A stretch of 64,000 nt of DNA from Nitrospirota bacterium (GCA_963818475.1 CAWFSF010000006.1:800001-864000), one strand, 5' to 3'; shown: positions 34,455 to 45,578, numbered from the stretch's first letter. Made by a program: numbers and translations. The notes: generated by a model not told the origin, from the sequence alone.

Positions 34455-34626
34455 TTTGGACGCAGATAAAATCTGATGAACGCGGATAAACCTGAAAAAG
34501 CATTTAACACGGGAGGAGCGGATTAAATAAAGACTCGCCCTTGTGGTGAAAGTTCTGTCACCTGAATGCCTGGCTTTATCAGCGAAAATCTGCATAAATC
34601 TGCGTCCTACTGCCGTTATTAGGATG
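34455..34626. repeat. MITE-like palindromic element, copy B (inverted relative to copy A)
   Basis: tttggacgcagataaaatctgatgaacgcggataaa matches the reverse complement of 16937-16972 at 34 of 36 positions. Confidence 0.8.
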
Positions 34627-34647
34627 AAAGCTAAACATCATAAAGAA

Positions 34648-34672
34648 GCCCCGTCTGCAATGCAGGCGGGGC
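34648..34672. terminator. bidirectional terminator between convergent genes
   Basis: GC-rich inverted repeat GCCCCGTCTGC / GCAGGCGGGGC, flanked by A-rich and T-rich tracts. Confidence 0.65.
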
Positions 34673-34703
34673 CTTTATTTTTAAAAGATGACGGTCGGCG
34701 TTC

Positions 34704-35788
34704 TTACTTCTTTCGATAGAACGGCAGCTCCATGGTCTTTGCCGCGATCTCGCGGTCCTTGAGCTTCGATCTCGATCTCCTGTCCGGGCTGCGCGTAGCG
34801 GCTGATGACATAGCCGAGGCCGATGCCGTTCCGGAGGTAGGGCGAATGGTTGCCGCTCGTCACGACCCCGATATCGCGGCTTTCGGAAAAGATGCTGCCC
34901 CCTTCGCGCGGGATCCCCTTGTCGAGCAGCATGAACCCGGCAAGTTTCTGCTTGATGTCATCAGGTTTCAGCTTGAGGAGCGCTTCTTTGCCGATGAAAT
35001 CTTTTTTGAAATTCACGAAGCGGTCGAGGCCGGACTCGATCGGCGTGCGGGTCTCGTCTATTTCGTTCCCGTACAGAGCATACCCCATTTCAAGGCGAAG
35101 CATGTCCCGGCTGCCCTGGCCGCAGGGGAGCAGTCCGCTCTCCTGACCTGCTTCCAGGATGGCGTCCCAGAGCTGTTCTGCGTGCGAGGCGGGAACGAAG
35201 AGCTCATAGCCGTGCTCGCCGGTATAGCCCGTGCGGGAAACGATCGCCGTTATTCCGACGAGCTTGCGTTCACGGACTCCCCGGAGTCTCATCGCTTTCA
35301 CATGGGCGCCGGTGAGCTTCTCGAGGACCTTAAGCGACCGTGGGCCCTGGAGCGCAATTTGTGCCAGGGAACGGGTCTGGTCAATGATCTCCACGTTCGT
35401 ACCCGCGTTCGTCGTGAGCCACGAGATGATCTTTTCCGTGTTCGATGCGTTGGTGCAGAGCAGAAATCCGTCATCACCCGGCAGATGGAGCAGCATGGCG
35501 TTGTCCAGGATGCGGCCGTGCATTATTGCAGAGAAGTCCGTAGGCAGCTGCTCCTGGGGCCAGATTATCTATGTTCCGGGTAAAGACCCGCTGCAGGAAA
35601 GCACCGGCATCGGCGCCTTTGATCGCAATGCGGCCGAGAAAGCTGACATCGAAGAGGCCGGCAGCAGTGCGCACGGCATGGTATTCATCAAGCACCGTGG
35701 AATACTGGAGCGGGATCTGCCAGCCCTGGAAATCGGTCATCTTTGCCTGTAACTGCAGCTGTTTCTGGTGGAGAATGGTCTGTTTCAT
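34704..35788 (-). CDS. gcvT: GcvT-like aminomethyltransferase (frameshifts near 35520 and 34760)
   Basis: EYHAVRTAAGLFDVS, IALQGP, SRTGYTGEHGYEL, LRLEMG; no gcvH/gcvP nearby. Confidence 0.8.
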
Positions 35789-35867
35789 GGCGCCTCCAAG
35801 TTCATCTCGCTGGTACAGACATTCCCGGCACACAACACCATGCGGTTCAGTACGATCAGGTAAGGTC

Positions 35868-36930
35868 TTATTTTATGCGGAGCTTCTCGGTATCCGTGGA
35901 GGCATTTGCCAGCTTATGCAGGTCCTTGGGATGGAAAGCGCCCTTTTCAGTAATGATGGCGGTGATGTAGCGTGCAGGCGTCACGTCAAAGGCAGGATTG
36001 GCCACCTTGACGTTGTCCGGCGCGATCTGGACCTTGCCGAACACGTGGGTCACTTCGCGGGGATCGCGCTCCTCGATCGGGATGCCAGCGCCCGATTCAG
36101 TATTAAAGTCGATCGTCGAGAACGGCGCTGCCACGTAGAAGGGGATGCCGTGCTCCTTGCAGAGCACTGCCAGGCTGTAGGTCCCGATCTTGTTCGCCAC
36201 GTCTCCGTTTTTGGCAATGCGGTCCGCACCGACAATGGCCAGATCGACCATATCGCGGAACATGAAATAGCCCGCCATGTTGTCGGTAATGAGCGTGCAG
36301 GGGATCTTTTCTTCCATCAGCTCCCAGGCAGTCAGGCGCGCGCCCTGCAGGACCGGACGGGTCTCGTCCACGTACACATGGATCTTTTTTCCCGCTTCCA
36401 CGGCGGCGCGCATGACGCCCTCGGCGGTACCGTAGCCGGCGGTCGCGATCGATCCGGCATTGCAGTGCGTGATGACGTTGTCGCCGTCGGCGACGAACGC
36501 AGCGCCGAAGGCGCCCATTTTTCTGTTCGTGGCGATATCTTCGTCATGCATGCGCTGCGATTCATCGACGAGCATTTCACGGAGCGCATCAAGGGACTGG
36601 TCCTTGTTCTTCTGCACGAACTGCTTGATGCTGGTCGATGGCCCAGAACAGATTGACCGCCGTAGGCCGCGTGGCCGCCATATGGGAGCAGATCTCTTCG
36701 AATTGGGGCCAGAAGGCATCAAAGGTATTCGCCTTGATCTGGCGCGATCCGAGAGCAAGCCCCATGGCCGCTGAAACGCCGATGGCAGGCGCTCCGCGAA
36801 CCCACAGCTCCTTGATGCCCCTCGCGACGGTCTGATAGTCCTTGCAGTCGTTATACACGATCTCGATCGGCAGTTTTGTCTGGTCAAGCATACGGACGAT
36901 GCCGTCTTTCCATTCGACGGTAGGTATCAT
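35868..36930 (-). CDS. mtnA: methylthioribose-1-phosphate isomerase (frameshift near 36640)
   Basis: [56 protein letters not shown]. Confidence 0.94.
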
Positions 36931-37104
36931 GGGGAAGTTCTCCTTTAGGATTACGTGCAGGTGAGTAGCAGTACTGATTTAAATATAAAGGATACGGAAG
37001 GAATTGTCAAAAAAAAACTGGCGAATGGCTTAGATTGGCACTGTTATAAGGGCGTTTTTACGGCGCGCTACCTGTCTCTGTAGTTTGCCGGTTCTGAATT
37101 AAAT

Positions 37105-37140
37105 CCGTAGGGGCAAACCCTGTGAGGCCTGCCCCTATGG
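37105..37140. repeat. GTAG-type REP-like hairpin
   Basis: CCGTAGGGGCA-aaccctgtgaggcc-TGCCCCTATGG. Confidence 0.6.
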
Positions 37141-37153
37141 ATCATTTTGCTGA

Positions 37154-38074
37154 TCACTTCCCCAGCACCTGCCCGACCTTCAACTCCGGCTCTTCGGCAG
37201 AGCTATCGTCGTTACTTGTTTCTTCCCATTCCATGTTGATTATTTCAAGGCTGCCATTGCCCGTTGCCACGAGCAGCGGGTCGAGCGACAGCACTTCTCC
37301 CGGGGTTCCCTTGGCGGGGCCGGCTGGTGTGGCCCACCAGATAAGCATCTTCATACCGCCCGCTTCGGTAAATGCGCCGGGGTAGGGCTGGGTGAGCGCG
37401 CGGACCAGACTGTAGATGTTGTCGGAGCCTGCTGTCCAGTCGATGCGTCCGTCCTCGGGCTTCCGACGTCCGAAATAGGTCGCCTGCGATTCGTCCTGCG
37501 CGCGTCGCGGGGCCGTACCCGCGGTCAATGCGTCGAGCTGGCGTTCTAGCACAACGCGTGCGGCCTTGACGCACTTGCCGAAGACCTCCTGCACCGTATC
37601 TTCCTTTCCGATGAGTACCGCTTCCTGGTCCACGATATCGCCGGCGGCAGCCCGCTTTACCATATGGTGCAGGGTCATGCCGGTCTGCTTCTCGCCGTTC
37701 AGTATGGCCCAGTTGATGGGGTCGTGGCCGCGGTATTTCGGGAGGAGGGAGCCGTGCATATTGAACGCCCCGAGACGAGGCACGCTGAGGGTCTCTTCAG
37801 CGATCATGTTCCGGTAGAAAAAGGAAAGGATGAGGTCGGGAGCCCAGGACCGGATCTTCGCGATCCAATCGGGCGAGTTGACCGACTCCGGTGTATGGAC
37901 CGGAATGTCGTATTTGGCAGCCAGTTTCGCCACCGATTTGAACCAGATATCTTCGTTGGGATCGTCCTTGTGGGTAATGACGGCCATGATGTATTCATCA
38001 TTCTGGATCAGGGCCTGCAGGCATTCATAGCCCACGTCGTGATAGGCGAAAACGAGTATTGCGGGTTTAGTCAT
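37154..38074 (-). CDS. stand-alone ArnA-N-like formyltransferase
   Basis: VFAYHDVG, NMHGSLLPKYRG, ATYFGRRKPEDGRIDW, RALTQPYPGAF. Confidence 0.88.
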   Translation of the reverse strand: MTKPAILVFAYHDVGYECLQALIQNDEYIMAVITHKDDPNEDIWFKSVAKLAAKYDIPVHTPESVNSPDWIAKIRSWAPDLILSFFYRNMIAEETLSVPRLGAFNMHGSLLPKYRGHDPINWAILNGEKQTGMTLHHMVKRAAAGDIVDQEAVLIGKEDTVQEVFGKCVKAARVVLERQLDALTAGTAPRRAQDESQATYFGRRKPEDGRIDWTAGSDNIYSLVRALTQPYPGAFTEAGGMKMLIWWATPAGPAKGTPGEVLSLDPLLVATGNGSLEIINMEWEETSNDDSSAEEPELKVGQVLGK

Positions 38075-38776
38075 GGGTCCCTTCTTTCTGTGTGTCGATC
38101 TTTTCGCAGACCGTCCGAATGACGAGCCGGTGAAGGCGTCGGGATGAGGGCGGCGTCACGCCGCCACAATGCGTTCGAAGCGGCCTGATTTATTGTCAAC
38201 TGAATGCATGGTTATTATAGCGTCGGAATAGCGCCTGGCAGGCGTCGGGGAGGGAGAGGTCGCATGCCCCGGCTGGAGATGAACTATCCGTATGGTTGAA
38301 GGACCGATCCTTGTCAGGTAGAATTTTACTGATTTTACAGTCTGGCATGCGCTTTGTCAAACATATTATCTATGCATTCAGGGAATTACCGGTAAGGAAT
38401 CGCATGTTCTCACCCCATGCTGGTGAATTGCGGTGCGAACGGGGAATGTGTTTCATTTTTCACCGTTGTTTGTTTGGAAATGAGCCGCCTCTGGAGCGTG
38501 TGTTGAATTGTTTAGATTGCATGCGTTCAATAGGCAAGGCCCTTAAACAGAATATGCAGCATGCTGCGGTGAGCGGTCCATTTCATTTACTGTTCCGAGC
38601 AAGAACATATTTGGCCGGGTCTTTCTCCTTGAAATAATCAATTCTATCTGTTATCGTCATAGAACAGTTTGCCCCCACGTTGGGTAGGGCAGGGGGGACG
38701 AAGCCGAGACTCACTACCATGATGCATGGGGGGGGCCGTTTCCCGAACGCTTGACGGGGTTTTTGGAACCATATAA

Positions 38777-39487
38777 ATGAGCTCACCTATCGACAACACA
38801 CCATGTCCCTTGTGCCGTACCGAAAAAGTACGTGAATATTCCCAGGACAAACGGCGTAATTATTACCAGTGTCAGATCTGCAGCCTGGTGTTCGTCCCTT
38901 TCCGTCAGTTCCTGTCCGCAGAAGATGAAAAGAAAAGGTACGATCTGCACCAGAACTCGCCTCAGGACGTGAACTACCGCCGCTTCTTAAGCCGCCTGTT
39001 TTTTCCCCTGCAACAACATCTGACTCCGGGCAGCCAAGGTCTGGATTTCGGCTCCGGTCCCGAGCCAACGCTCTCCCGGATGTTCGTAGATGCCGGTCAT
39101 ACCATGACGCTCTTCGACTATTTTTATGAACCGGTTCCTGCAGTACTGGAGCAACAATACGACTTCATAACCGCCACCGAGGTGGTGGAGCATCTGCATG
39201 ATCCCCAAAAGGAACTGGAACGGTTGTGGACTTGCCTGAAGCCGGGCGGGTGGCTCGGCATCATGACAAATCTTTCTGTTGATCGAGACGCGTTCACGCA
39301 ATGGTATTATAAGAACGACCTTACGCATGTCTGCTTCTTTTCCAGGACGACCTTTGCCTGGCTGGCCCTGCAGTGGCATGCAGAGGTGATCTTTGCAGAC
39401 AGCGATGTCGCGCTCTTCCACAAAATGCCTGTTCCTTCGACGTCCACGCCGGTCGGCGTAAGGAAAAAAGGTGGCTCTTTCGTATAA
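38777..39487 (+). CDS. class I SAM-dependent methyltransferase with N-terminal zinc finger
   Basis: CPLC...CQIC, LDFGSGP, TEVVEHL, LKPGGWL. Confidence 0.88.
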   Translation: MSSPIDNTPCPLCRTEKVREYSQDKRRNYYQCQICSLVFVPFRQFLSAEDEKKRYDLHQNSPQDVNYRRFLSRLFFPLQQHLTPGSQGLDFGSGPEPTLSRMFVDAGHTMTLFDYFYEPVPAVLEQQYDFITATEVVEHLHDPQKELERLWTCLKPGGWLGIMTNLSVDRDAFTQWYYKNDLTHVCFFSRTTFAWLALQWHAEVIFADSDVALFHKMPVPSTSTPVGVRKKGGSFV

Positions 39488-39521
39488 TAGTTTACCTTCA
39501 GAAACTCGAAAAAGAACATTT

Positions 39522-39610
39522 CAGGAGAAATGGAGAGGAATGGTGAAATGGGGTTAAATTGTTATTAAATGACGCTACCCCTTTTCCCCCAGCTTCCCCA
39601 TTTCTCCTCC
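39522..39610. repeat. GGAGAAAT/ATTTCTCC-type short-period palindromic element
   Basis: aggagaaatggagaggaatggtgaaatgggg ... ccccttttccccagcttccccatttctcct. Confidence 0.6.
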
Positions 39611-39682
39611 AAAGAGGTTCTTGATCTTGGATTTCGGTTTTATGAGTCTTTCAACCTAAATACGAATGAACAAAAAACGTAT

Positions 39683-40435
39683 ATGAAAACACTACCTATC
39701 GTATATCAGGATGAGCACCTGGTCGCGGTGAATAAACCGTCGGGACTTCTGGTCCACCGCAGCAGCATCGACCGCCATGAAAATGAAAATGCCATGAAGA
39801 TCGTCCGGGACCAGCTCGGGCAGTGGGTCTATCCTTTCCATCGTCTAGACAAAGCCACCTCGGGAGTACTGGTCTTCGCACTGGACCAGGAAACTGCCCG
39901 TCGTATGACCCAGGCTTTTACCGATGGCAAGATTTCGAAAGAATATCTTGCCATCGTGCGGGGGGTCACCAAAGAGGCGGAGCGCATCGACCATCCCTTG
40001 AAGGACATTGCGGACAAGATGACCGATCAAAAAGCGGATAAGGACAAGCCGGCAAAACAATCGGTTACCGACTATCGGCGGTTGGCGTCAATTGAACTGC
40101 CTCATCCGGTGGGCCGTTATTCCACTGCACGCTATTCCCTCATTGCCGTGAGCCCTTTAACTGGCCGCAATCACCAGATACGGCGCCACATGAAGCACAT
40201 TTTTCACCCTGTTATAGGGGACACCACCTATGGCGACGGCAAACAGAACGACTTTTTCCGCAGGCAGTTCTCCTGTCATCGATTGTTACTGCATGCCTAT
40301 AAGACCGATTTCGTCCATCCTTACACCGGCCAACCGCTCCATATCCGGGCGCCGTTGGACCACACCTTCGCCACTCTGCTGGAGGGACTGCAATGGGGCC
40401 AGCTGAGACGTGAAGTGCTGCAAGGAGGTTCATGA
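39683..40435 (+). CDS. truC: RluA-family pseudouridine synthase, TruC-like
   Basis: VNKPSGLLVHRS, HRLDKATSG, TGRNHQIRRHMKHIFHPVIGD. Confidence 0.85.
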   Translation: MKTLPIVYQDEHLVAVNKPSGLLVHRSSIDRHENENAMKIVRDQLGQWVYPFHRLDKATSGVLVFALDQETARRMTQAFTDGKISKEYLAIVRGVTKEAERIDHPLKDIADKMTDQKADKDKPAKQSVTDYRRLASIELPHPVGRYSTARYSLIAVSPLTGRNHQIRRHMKHIFHPVIGDTTYGDGKQNDFFRRQFSCHRLLLHAYKTDFVHPYTGQPLHIRAPLDHTFATLLEGLQWGQLRREVLQGGS

Positions 40436-40926
40436 TGCAACGAATGTTCATTTCACTAGTTCTGATCATTGGTATGACGATTATTGCGGTTTTGAGCCTG
40501 ACGAGCTGCCATAAAGCAACGGAAGAAGACAAGATAAAAAACATCATCGCCGGGATACAGAAGGCCGCCGCGGAAAAGGACGCACGGACCGTGCTGGGTC
40601 ATCTGTCCAAGAGCTATCACGACCCGCAGGGCAACGACTACGACGGAATAAGGGGATTGCTCCTTTTCTACTTTATGAGACACCGGCAGGTGCACGTGTA
40701 TGTGCCGAATCTCGATATTGCGATCGAAAACTATGCAGCCCAGGCGTCCTTTCAGGCGGTCCTGACTGGTGCAGGAGAAGGCGTCGCAGAGGGGGGCAAG
40801 GGACTGCTGCCCGAAGCACTCGGCGTCTACGCATTTAACGTGGCCATGCAGAAGGAATCCGGCGAATGGAAAATCACCTCTGCAAAGTGGGAGCGCATGG
40901 GTGAAGGGACGGTACCGAACGAATGA
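40432..40926 (+). CDS. lipoprotein, NTF2/SnoaL-like fold
   Basis: Lipobox LTSC, C-terminal GEWKITSAKW. Confidence 0.7.
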   Translation: MMQRMFISLVLIIGMTIIAVLSLTSCHKATEEDKIKNIIAGIQKAAAEKDARTVLGHLSKSYHDPQGNDYDGIRGLLLFYFMRHRQVHVYVPNLDIAIENYAAQASFQAVLTGAGEGVAEGGKGLLPEALGVYAFNVAMQKESGEWKITSAKWERMGEGTVPNE

Positions 40927-41122
40927 TCGGGCGCCGTACACGGTCGCAGGGGCAAATCGGATACGGCACAAGACGACAAAAGGTATTTCGCGCAGTCTCA
41001 GGTGAATCAACTGTGACACGCATGGGCCGGGATGTGTTATAGTACGCTATGGAGAAGCTCGCTTTCTGGGTGCCTCCGCTTGCAGGGCAAACTGCTCATG
41101 ACATAATGAGGAGCATTTCCGG

Positions 41123-43654
41123 ATGAACAGTTTTGAACTCATTGCTTACCCGCTGTTGCCGATCTCTGCGATGGAGCTTCTTCTGGGATTTCTCCTGCTG
41201 ACCCAGAACCAACGAAGCAGTCCCGTACACCGGTCCGTGGCAGCCATGGCATTTTTTTCGGCTGCCTACTCGCTGACTACCGCGGTCATGTATCTCTTGG
41301 CTTCCCAGGGGCACAATTACAGCTTCTTCACCCGGCTGAACTGGATCGGGTGGCTTGCCATTCCCGCCGGTCTGCAATTTCTTTATTATCTCAGGCCTGA
41401 AGCAAGCCGTGCTGCCCGCATGGTAGGGTACGTTTTGTATCCCTACTGGGCTGTTATGCTGACGCTCTGCCTGTTTACCGATCTGATCGTAACGCCTCAC
41501 TATTCGCTCATACCCTACCTGAACCATCCGGGCCCCCTTGAAATTCCTGTACGCATCAGCGGCGCGTTCATGCTCCTTTGGCTGATCGTCGAAGTAATGA
41601 GCATCAGGCGTCATTTGACCGGAATAAAAAAGTTCCAGCTCGATCATTTTTTTTATGGCGTGATGATTTTCGCGATCGCCGGAGTGATCATCGCGGGCAT
41701 CATGCCGGCGATCGGCGGTTTTGGCATCGAACCGAGTCTGGGAGCCTATTTCAGCCTGCCCTGGGTGGTCCTCACTTTTTACGCCATTGTCCGGCACAGC
41801 CTCTTTGAGATACGGACCATTTTATCGAGGGCGATGAGCATCCTTCTTCTGGTCCTCATCTGTTCGGGAATTCAGGCGGCCATCCTGACAACGATCGAAC
41901 CCGCTTTTGGAACAATGCTGTCGCTTGTTGTCTCGCTCTCGGTCCTTGGTTTTTTCCTGTTCGGAACAACCGTCAGCAGAAAACTGCAGTCCATCGTCAA
42001 CAGTCTCATCATCGGCAGCCGTTACAATTATGAGACCCTCATGCGGGAGGCGATCGTAACGCTGAACGCAAAGCATGACGGGCATGGGCTGATTGATTAT
42101 TTGATCGAGACAACCTGCGCCGGGCTTAACGTCAGGGATGTGGGTGTCTACGTCCATGCAGTTGAGGACGGCTTTGTTATGCGGCAGGGGTGCGGCTGCT
42201 TCTCCGCCATGAAGGGCCGGCGCTCGCTCGCAGACATCGCGGTAACAAAGCTGCAGGAAGCGAACCGCTCGCTGATCCTGAAGGAGATCGCAGGGGCGGG
42301 AGAAGAGCGGGAACCGTTCGCTCTCAGCACGTATATGCGGGGGATCGGCGCCGAGGCGCTCGTGCCGCTGCTGTTCCAGGGAAGGCTGCAGGGGGTGCTG
42401 GTACTCGGCGCGAAAACGAGCGGCGAGATGTTCGGGCAGAGCGACGTCGGCTTTCTCGAAACACTGGCCGCGCACGCTGCGAGCGGGCTGGAAAATGCCA
42501 GGCTCCATGAGATCACGCGCAAGGTCCGGTCATCGCTGCTGGAGAGCGAGGAACGTTTCACGACACTGGCGCAGAAGATGCCGGCGGCCGTCTTTATTCA
42601 CCGGGGAGCGTCGATCGTCTATGCCAATAACGCGGCAGAGGAGATGACGGGATATCCGCAGGAACGGCTGATGACGATGCACATCCGCGACATACTCCTT
42701 CCGGAGTACCGGGAGGCGATCCAGCCGCATGGTCTCGAGAGGACCGAACCTCCGTTGCGCTATGCGGAGAAGGAAGTACGGATATCGCGGCTGAACGGGA
42801 GCGAACGGTGGGCGGTCATGACGTCGTCGGTCATTGAATATGGAGAACAGGCGGCGGTTATCTGGATCTTTTTTGACATAACGGAGCACAGGCGGAATGA
42901 AGCCAGGCTTCGGTACGAACGAATCCGGGACGCGGTAGGAAGGATGGCAACCTACATTGCGGGCGATCTCGAGGGCATGGTGAAGGACATCCGCCGCGTC
43001 ACGGAACTTCACTCGCAGGGAGACGACGGTGACGGCACCACAGAACTGGCGCATAAGATCCTGTCCAGGATGCAGCAGGCGGAGCTCCTTGTCCGCACCC
43101 TCAACGAGCTCGGCACCCGCCAGGAAACAAAACGGACCCTCCAGGATATCAGTGAACTCGTCGGGAAAAGACGGCAGATCCTGGCAGCGATACTGAGCGG
43201 AAAGTGCGAACTCGTGATGCGATCTTCACCGGAACCGCTGAAGGTCATGGTTGATCCGATCAAACTGGAAAGTGCGCTCATGAACCTGGTGATCAACGCG
43301 CGTGACCAGATGCCGCACGGTGGGGTCGTGACCGTAGCCATCGGCCGCGCCTCGATCGATGCCGATTTTATCCGGCGGACCGGATATGGAAGGGTCGGGG
43401 CCTATGCCACCGTCTCCGTAAGCGATACCGGGGAAGGCATGGGTTCCGTGGAACAGGAGCGTATCTTTGAGCCCTTCTTCACAGCGCGGGCAGACCGGAA
43501 GGAAAGCGGCATCGGCCTTTCAATGGTGTACGACATCATTAAAGAACATGAGGGGTACCTGACGGTAACGAGCCCGCCCGGACAGGGCTGCTCCTGCATG
43601 GCCTATCTTCCACTGGTGCCCGAGGGGCAAACGGGGAAAAATAATGTTTTATGA
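41123..43654 (+). CDS. multi-TM GAF-PAS sensor kinase-like protein with degenerate H-box
   Basis: N-terminal TM bundle, GAF (LVPLLFQGRLQG), PAS, NLVINARD, DTGEGM, FEPFFT, GIGL. Confidence 0.88.
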   Translation: MNSFELIAYPLLPISAMELLLGFLLLTQNQRSSPVHRSVAAMAFFSAAYSLTTAVMYLLASQGHNYSFFTRLNWIGWLAIPAGLQFLYYLRPEASRAARMVGYVLYPYWAVMLTLCLFTDLIVTPHYSLIPYLNHPGPLEIPVRISGAFMLLWLIVEVMSIRRHLTGIKKFQLDHFFYGVMIFAIAGVIIAGIMPAIGGFGIEPSLGAYFSLPWVVLTFYAIVRHSLFEIRTILSRAMSILLLVLICSGIQAAILTTIEPAFGTMLSLVVSLSVLGFFLFGTTVSRKLQSIVNSLIIGSRYNYETLMREAIVTLNAKHDGHGLIDYLIETTCAGLNVRDVGVYVHAVEDGFVMRQGCGCFSAMKGRRSLADIAVTKLQEANRSLILKEIAGAGEEREPFALSTYMRGIGAEALVPLLFQGRLQGVLVLGAKTSGEMFGQSDVGFLETLAAHAASGLENARLHEITRKVRSSLLESEERFTTLAQKMPAAVFIHRGASIVYANNAAEEMTGYPQERLMTMHIRDILLPEYREAIQPHGLERTEPPLRYAEKEVRISRLNGSERWAVMTSSVIEYGEQAAVIWIFFDITEHRRNEARLRYERIRDAVGRMATYIAGDLEGMVKDIRRVTELHSQGDDGDGTTELAHKILSRMQQAELLVRTLNELGTRQETKRTLQDISELVGKRRQILAAILSGKCELVMRSSPEPLKVMVDPIKLESALMNLVINARDQMPHGGVVTVAIGRASIDADFIRRTGYGRVGAYATVSVSDTGEGMGSVEQERIFEPFFTARADRKESGIGLSMVYDIIKEHEGYLTVTSPPGQGCSCMAYLPLVPEGQTGKNNVL

Positions 43655-43817
43655 ATTGTAACTGTGCAGGTGTCCATAAATAACAGACTAAACCAGCGGG
43701 TTTCGATCTGCCATACCTCGCATTTTTGTCATTTAATCGGGAATCCAGACGTCCCTGGATCCCCGATAGGATCATTCGGGGACGACGGATATGGGGGTGC
43801 TGAATAGTTCCATGAAT

Positions 43818-45578
43818 TTAAGATTTCACCAGGACTTTGACCTTCGTCCCTTTTCCCGGAACGCTTTCGATCTGCAGGTCCCATCCGTGCGCTTTCACCA
43901 GGTGTTTGACGATCGCAAGGCCAAGACCCGTCCCCCCCATGTTTCGTGAACGGCCCGGATCGACCCGGTAGAACCGTTCCCCCAGCCGCGACAGATGTTT
44001 TTTCGCAATGCCGATGCCGGTATCTTCTACATACAGGCAGGTCAATCCGTTCTCCTGCACAGTGCCGAAGGTAACGCCGCCTTTATCCGTGAACTTGATC
44101 GCGTTTTCAACGAGGTTGATAAGGATCTGGATGAGACGGTTCCTGTCAGCTTCGATCGATACCGGCACCGGGAGCAGCTCCATCCTGAGGGTCAGATTCT
44201 TTGCGTCCGCTTTCTCCTGCAGCATTTCCATGATCTGCCCGCCCACATCCTCAAGATCGACCGGGGTTTTCTGCACGGAGATTACACCCAGTTCGAGTTT
44301 TGAGATGGTCATGAGGTCGTCCACCAGGCTGTTGATGCGCTCGCTGTTCGCTTTGATGGTCCTGAGAAACTTATGTACATGTTCTGTATCTTCCAGGGCT
44401 CCTTCCAGGAGCGTCTCGGCAAATCCCTGGATGACCGTTATAGGCGTCTTGATCTCATGAGAGATGTTGGCCACAAAATCTTTTCTGGTTTGCTCGAACT
44501 TTTTGAGCTTCGTTATGTCGTGGAAGATCGCGATGTACCCGGACAGATCTGTCTCGTTATAGGAAAGAGGGGAGACCTGGACCACGCAGTATTGCTCCAG
44601 CGGCGAGTCGATCCTTATTTCAGCGACACCGGCTGCCCGTTTTTTTTGCACCTCTTCCATCAGCGTCAGGAACTCGCTGTTGCGGAAGACCTCGATGAAC
44701 CGTCTTCCCTGGAGCGCCGTCTCGCCGAACAGTTTCCTGGCTGCCAGGCTCGACAGAACGATGACACCCTGAGCGTCGATGATGAACAGGGCGTCGGGTA
44801 TGTTCCTGAGGATCATGTTCAGGCGATATTTCTCTTCATCGCTTTCGGCGACGCTTTTTTGCAGTTCAAGAGACATGGTGTTCAGGCTTTCGGCGATCTC
44901 GTCGAACTCTCCTGCACGCTCAAGGAAGAGTTTTTTGCCCAGTTCTCCGCGCGCAAGCGATCGGGAAAAATCACGGATCCGGCTGGTCAGTCTCCGGATA
45001 TATTCGATCTGCCAGAGAGAGAACAGGCCTGTTGCCAGAAGGATCGAAATGCCGACGGTCAGGACCTTTATCCTGATGATATTGATCGATCGGTCTATGT
45101 CCCTGAGCGGCACGCTCAGCCGGACAAAGCCTGCGGGCTCTCCGCCTACCGTGATCTTCTGAGCCACATAGAGAAAATCGTATCTGGTCGTATCGCTGAA
45201 GCGAATGGCCATGCCCCTGTTGTTCAAAAGCGCCTGCTGTATCTCCTGCCGGTGTGCATGGTTGTCCATGTCCATTGAGGGACTGTCGGAGTCGCCCAGG
45301 ACCCTTCCGTCGAGAGCGATGACCGTTACCCGTGCCCCTGTTTTGTTCTTCAGTTGTTTGCAGGTGTCGTCGAGCGGGGAAAGCGAATGAAAGGAGAGGC
45401 GGTCGGCGATCAGGGACGCCTGAACAGCGAGGTTGTCTCGCAGCGTTGCGATGTGGTTTTCCCGGAGGGCGGTTGTGATATATACTTCGATGAACAGAAT
45501 GGCCAGGAGCATGACGCCGCCGTAGATGATAAAGATGCGCTGGAATATGCCCCGGTTCTTTATCGCGTCATTCGACAT
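43818..45578 (-). CDS. phoR: PhoR-like sensor histidine kinase
   Basis: HAMP, PAS, DFVANISHEIKTP, ERFYRVDPGRSR, GGTGLGL. Confidence 0.85.
   Translation of the reverse strand: MSNDAIKNRGIFQRIFIIYGGVMLLAILFIEVYITTALRENHIATLRDNLAVQASLIADRLSFHSLSPLDDTCKQLKNKTGARVTVIALDGRVLGDSDSPSMDMDNHAHRQEIQQALLNNRGMAIRFSDTTRYDFLYVAQKITVGGEPAGFVRLSVPLRDIDRSINIIRIKVLTVGISILLATGLFSLWQIEYIRRLTSRIRDFSRSLARGELGKKLFLERAGEFDEIAESLNTMSLELQKSVAESDEEKYRLNMILRNIPDALFIIDAQGVIVLSSLAARKLFGETALQGRRFIEVFRNSEFLTLMEEVQKKRAAGVAEIRIDSPLEQYCVVQVSPLSYNETDLSGYIAIFHDITKLKKFEQTRKDFVANISHEIKTPITVIQGFAETLLEGALEDTEHVHKFLRTIKANSERINSLVDDLMTISKLELGVISVQKTPVDLEDVGGQIMEMLQEKADAKNLTLRMELLPVPVSIEADRNRLIQILINLVENAIKFTDKGGVTFGTVQENGLTCLYVEDTGIGIAKKHLSRLGERFYRVDPGRSRNMGGTGLGLAIVKHLVKAHGWDLQIESVPGKGTKVKVLVKS

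Noticed and set aside
38080-38770. Structured RNA (6S, SRP, c-di-GMP riboswitch, group II intron end) in the long intergenic region
   Set aside because: GC-rich stems are present, but no diagnostic motif was recognised; the short ORFs here look spurious.
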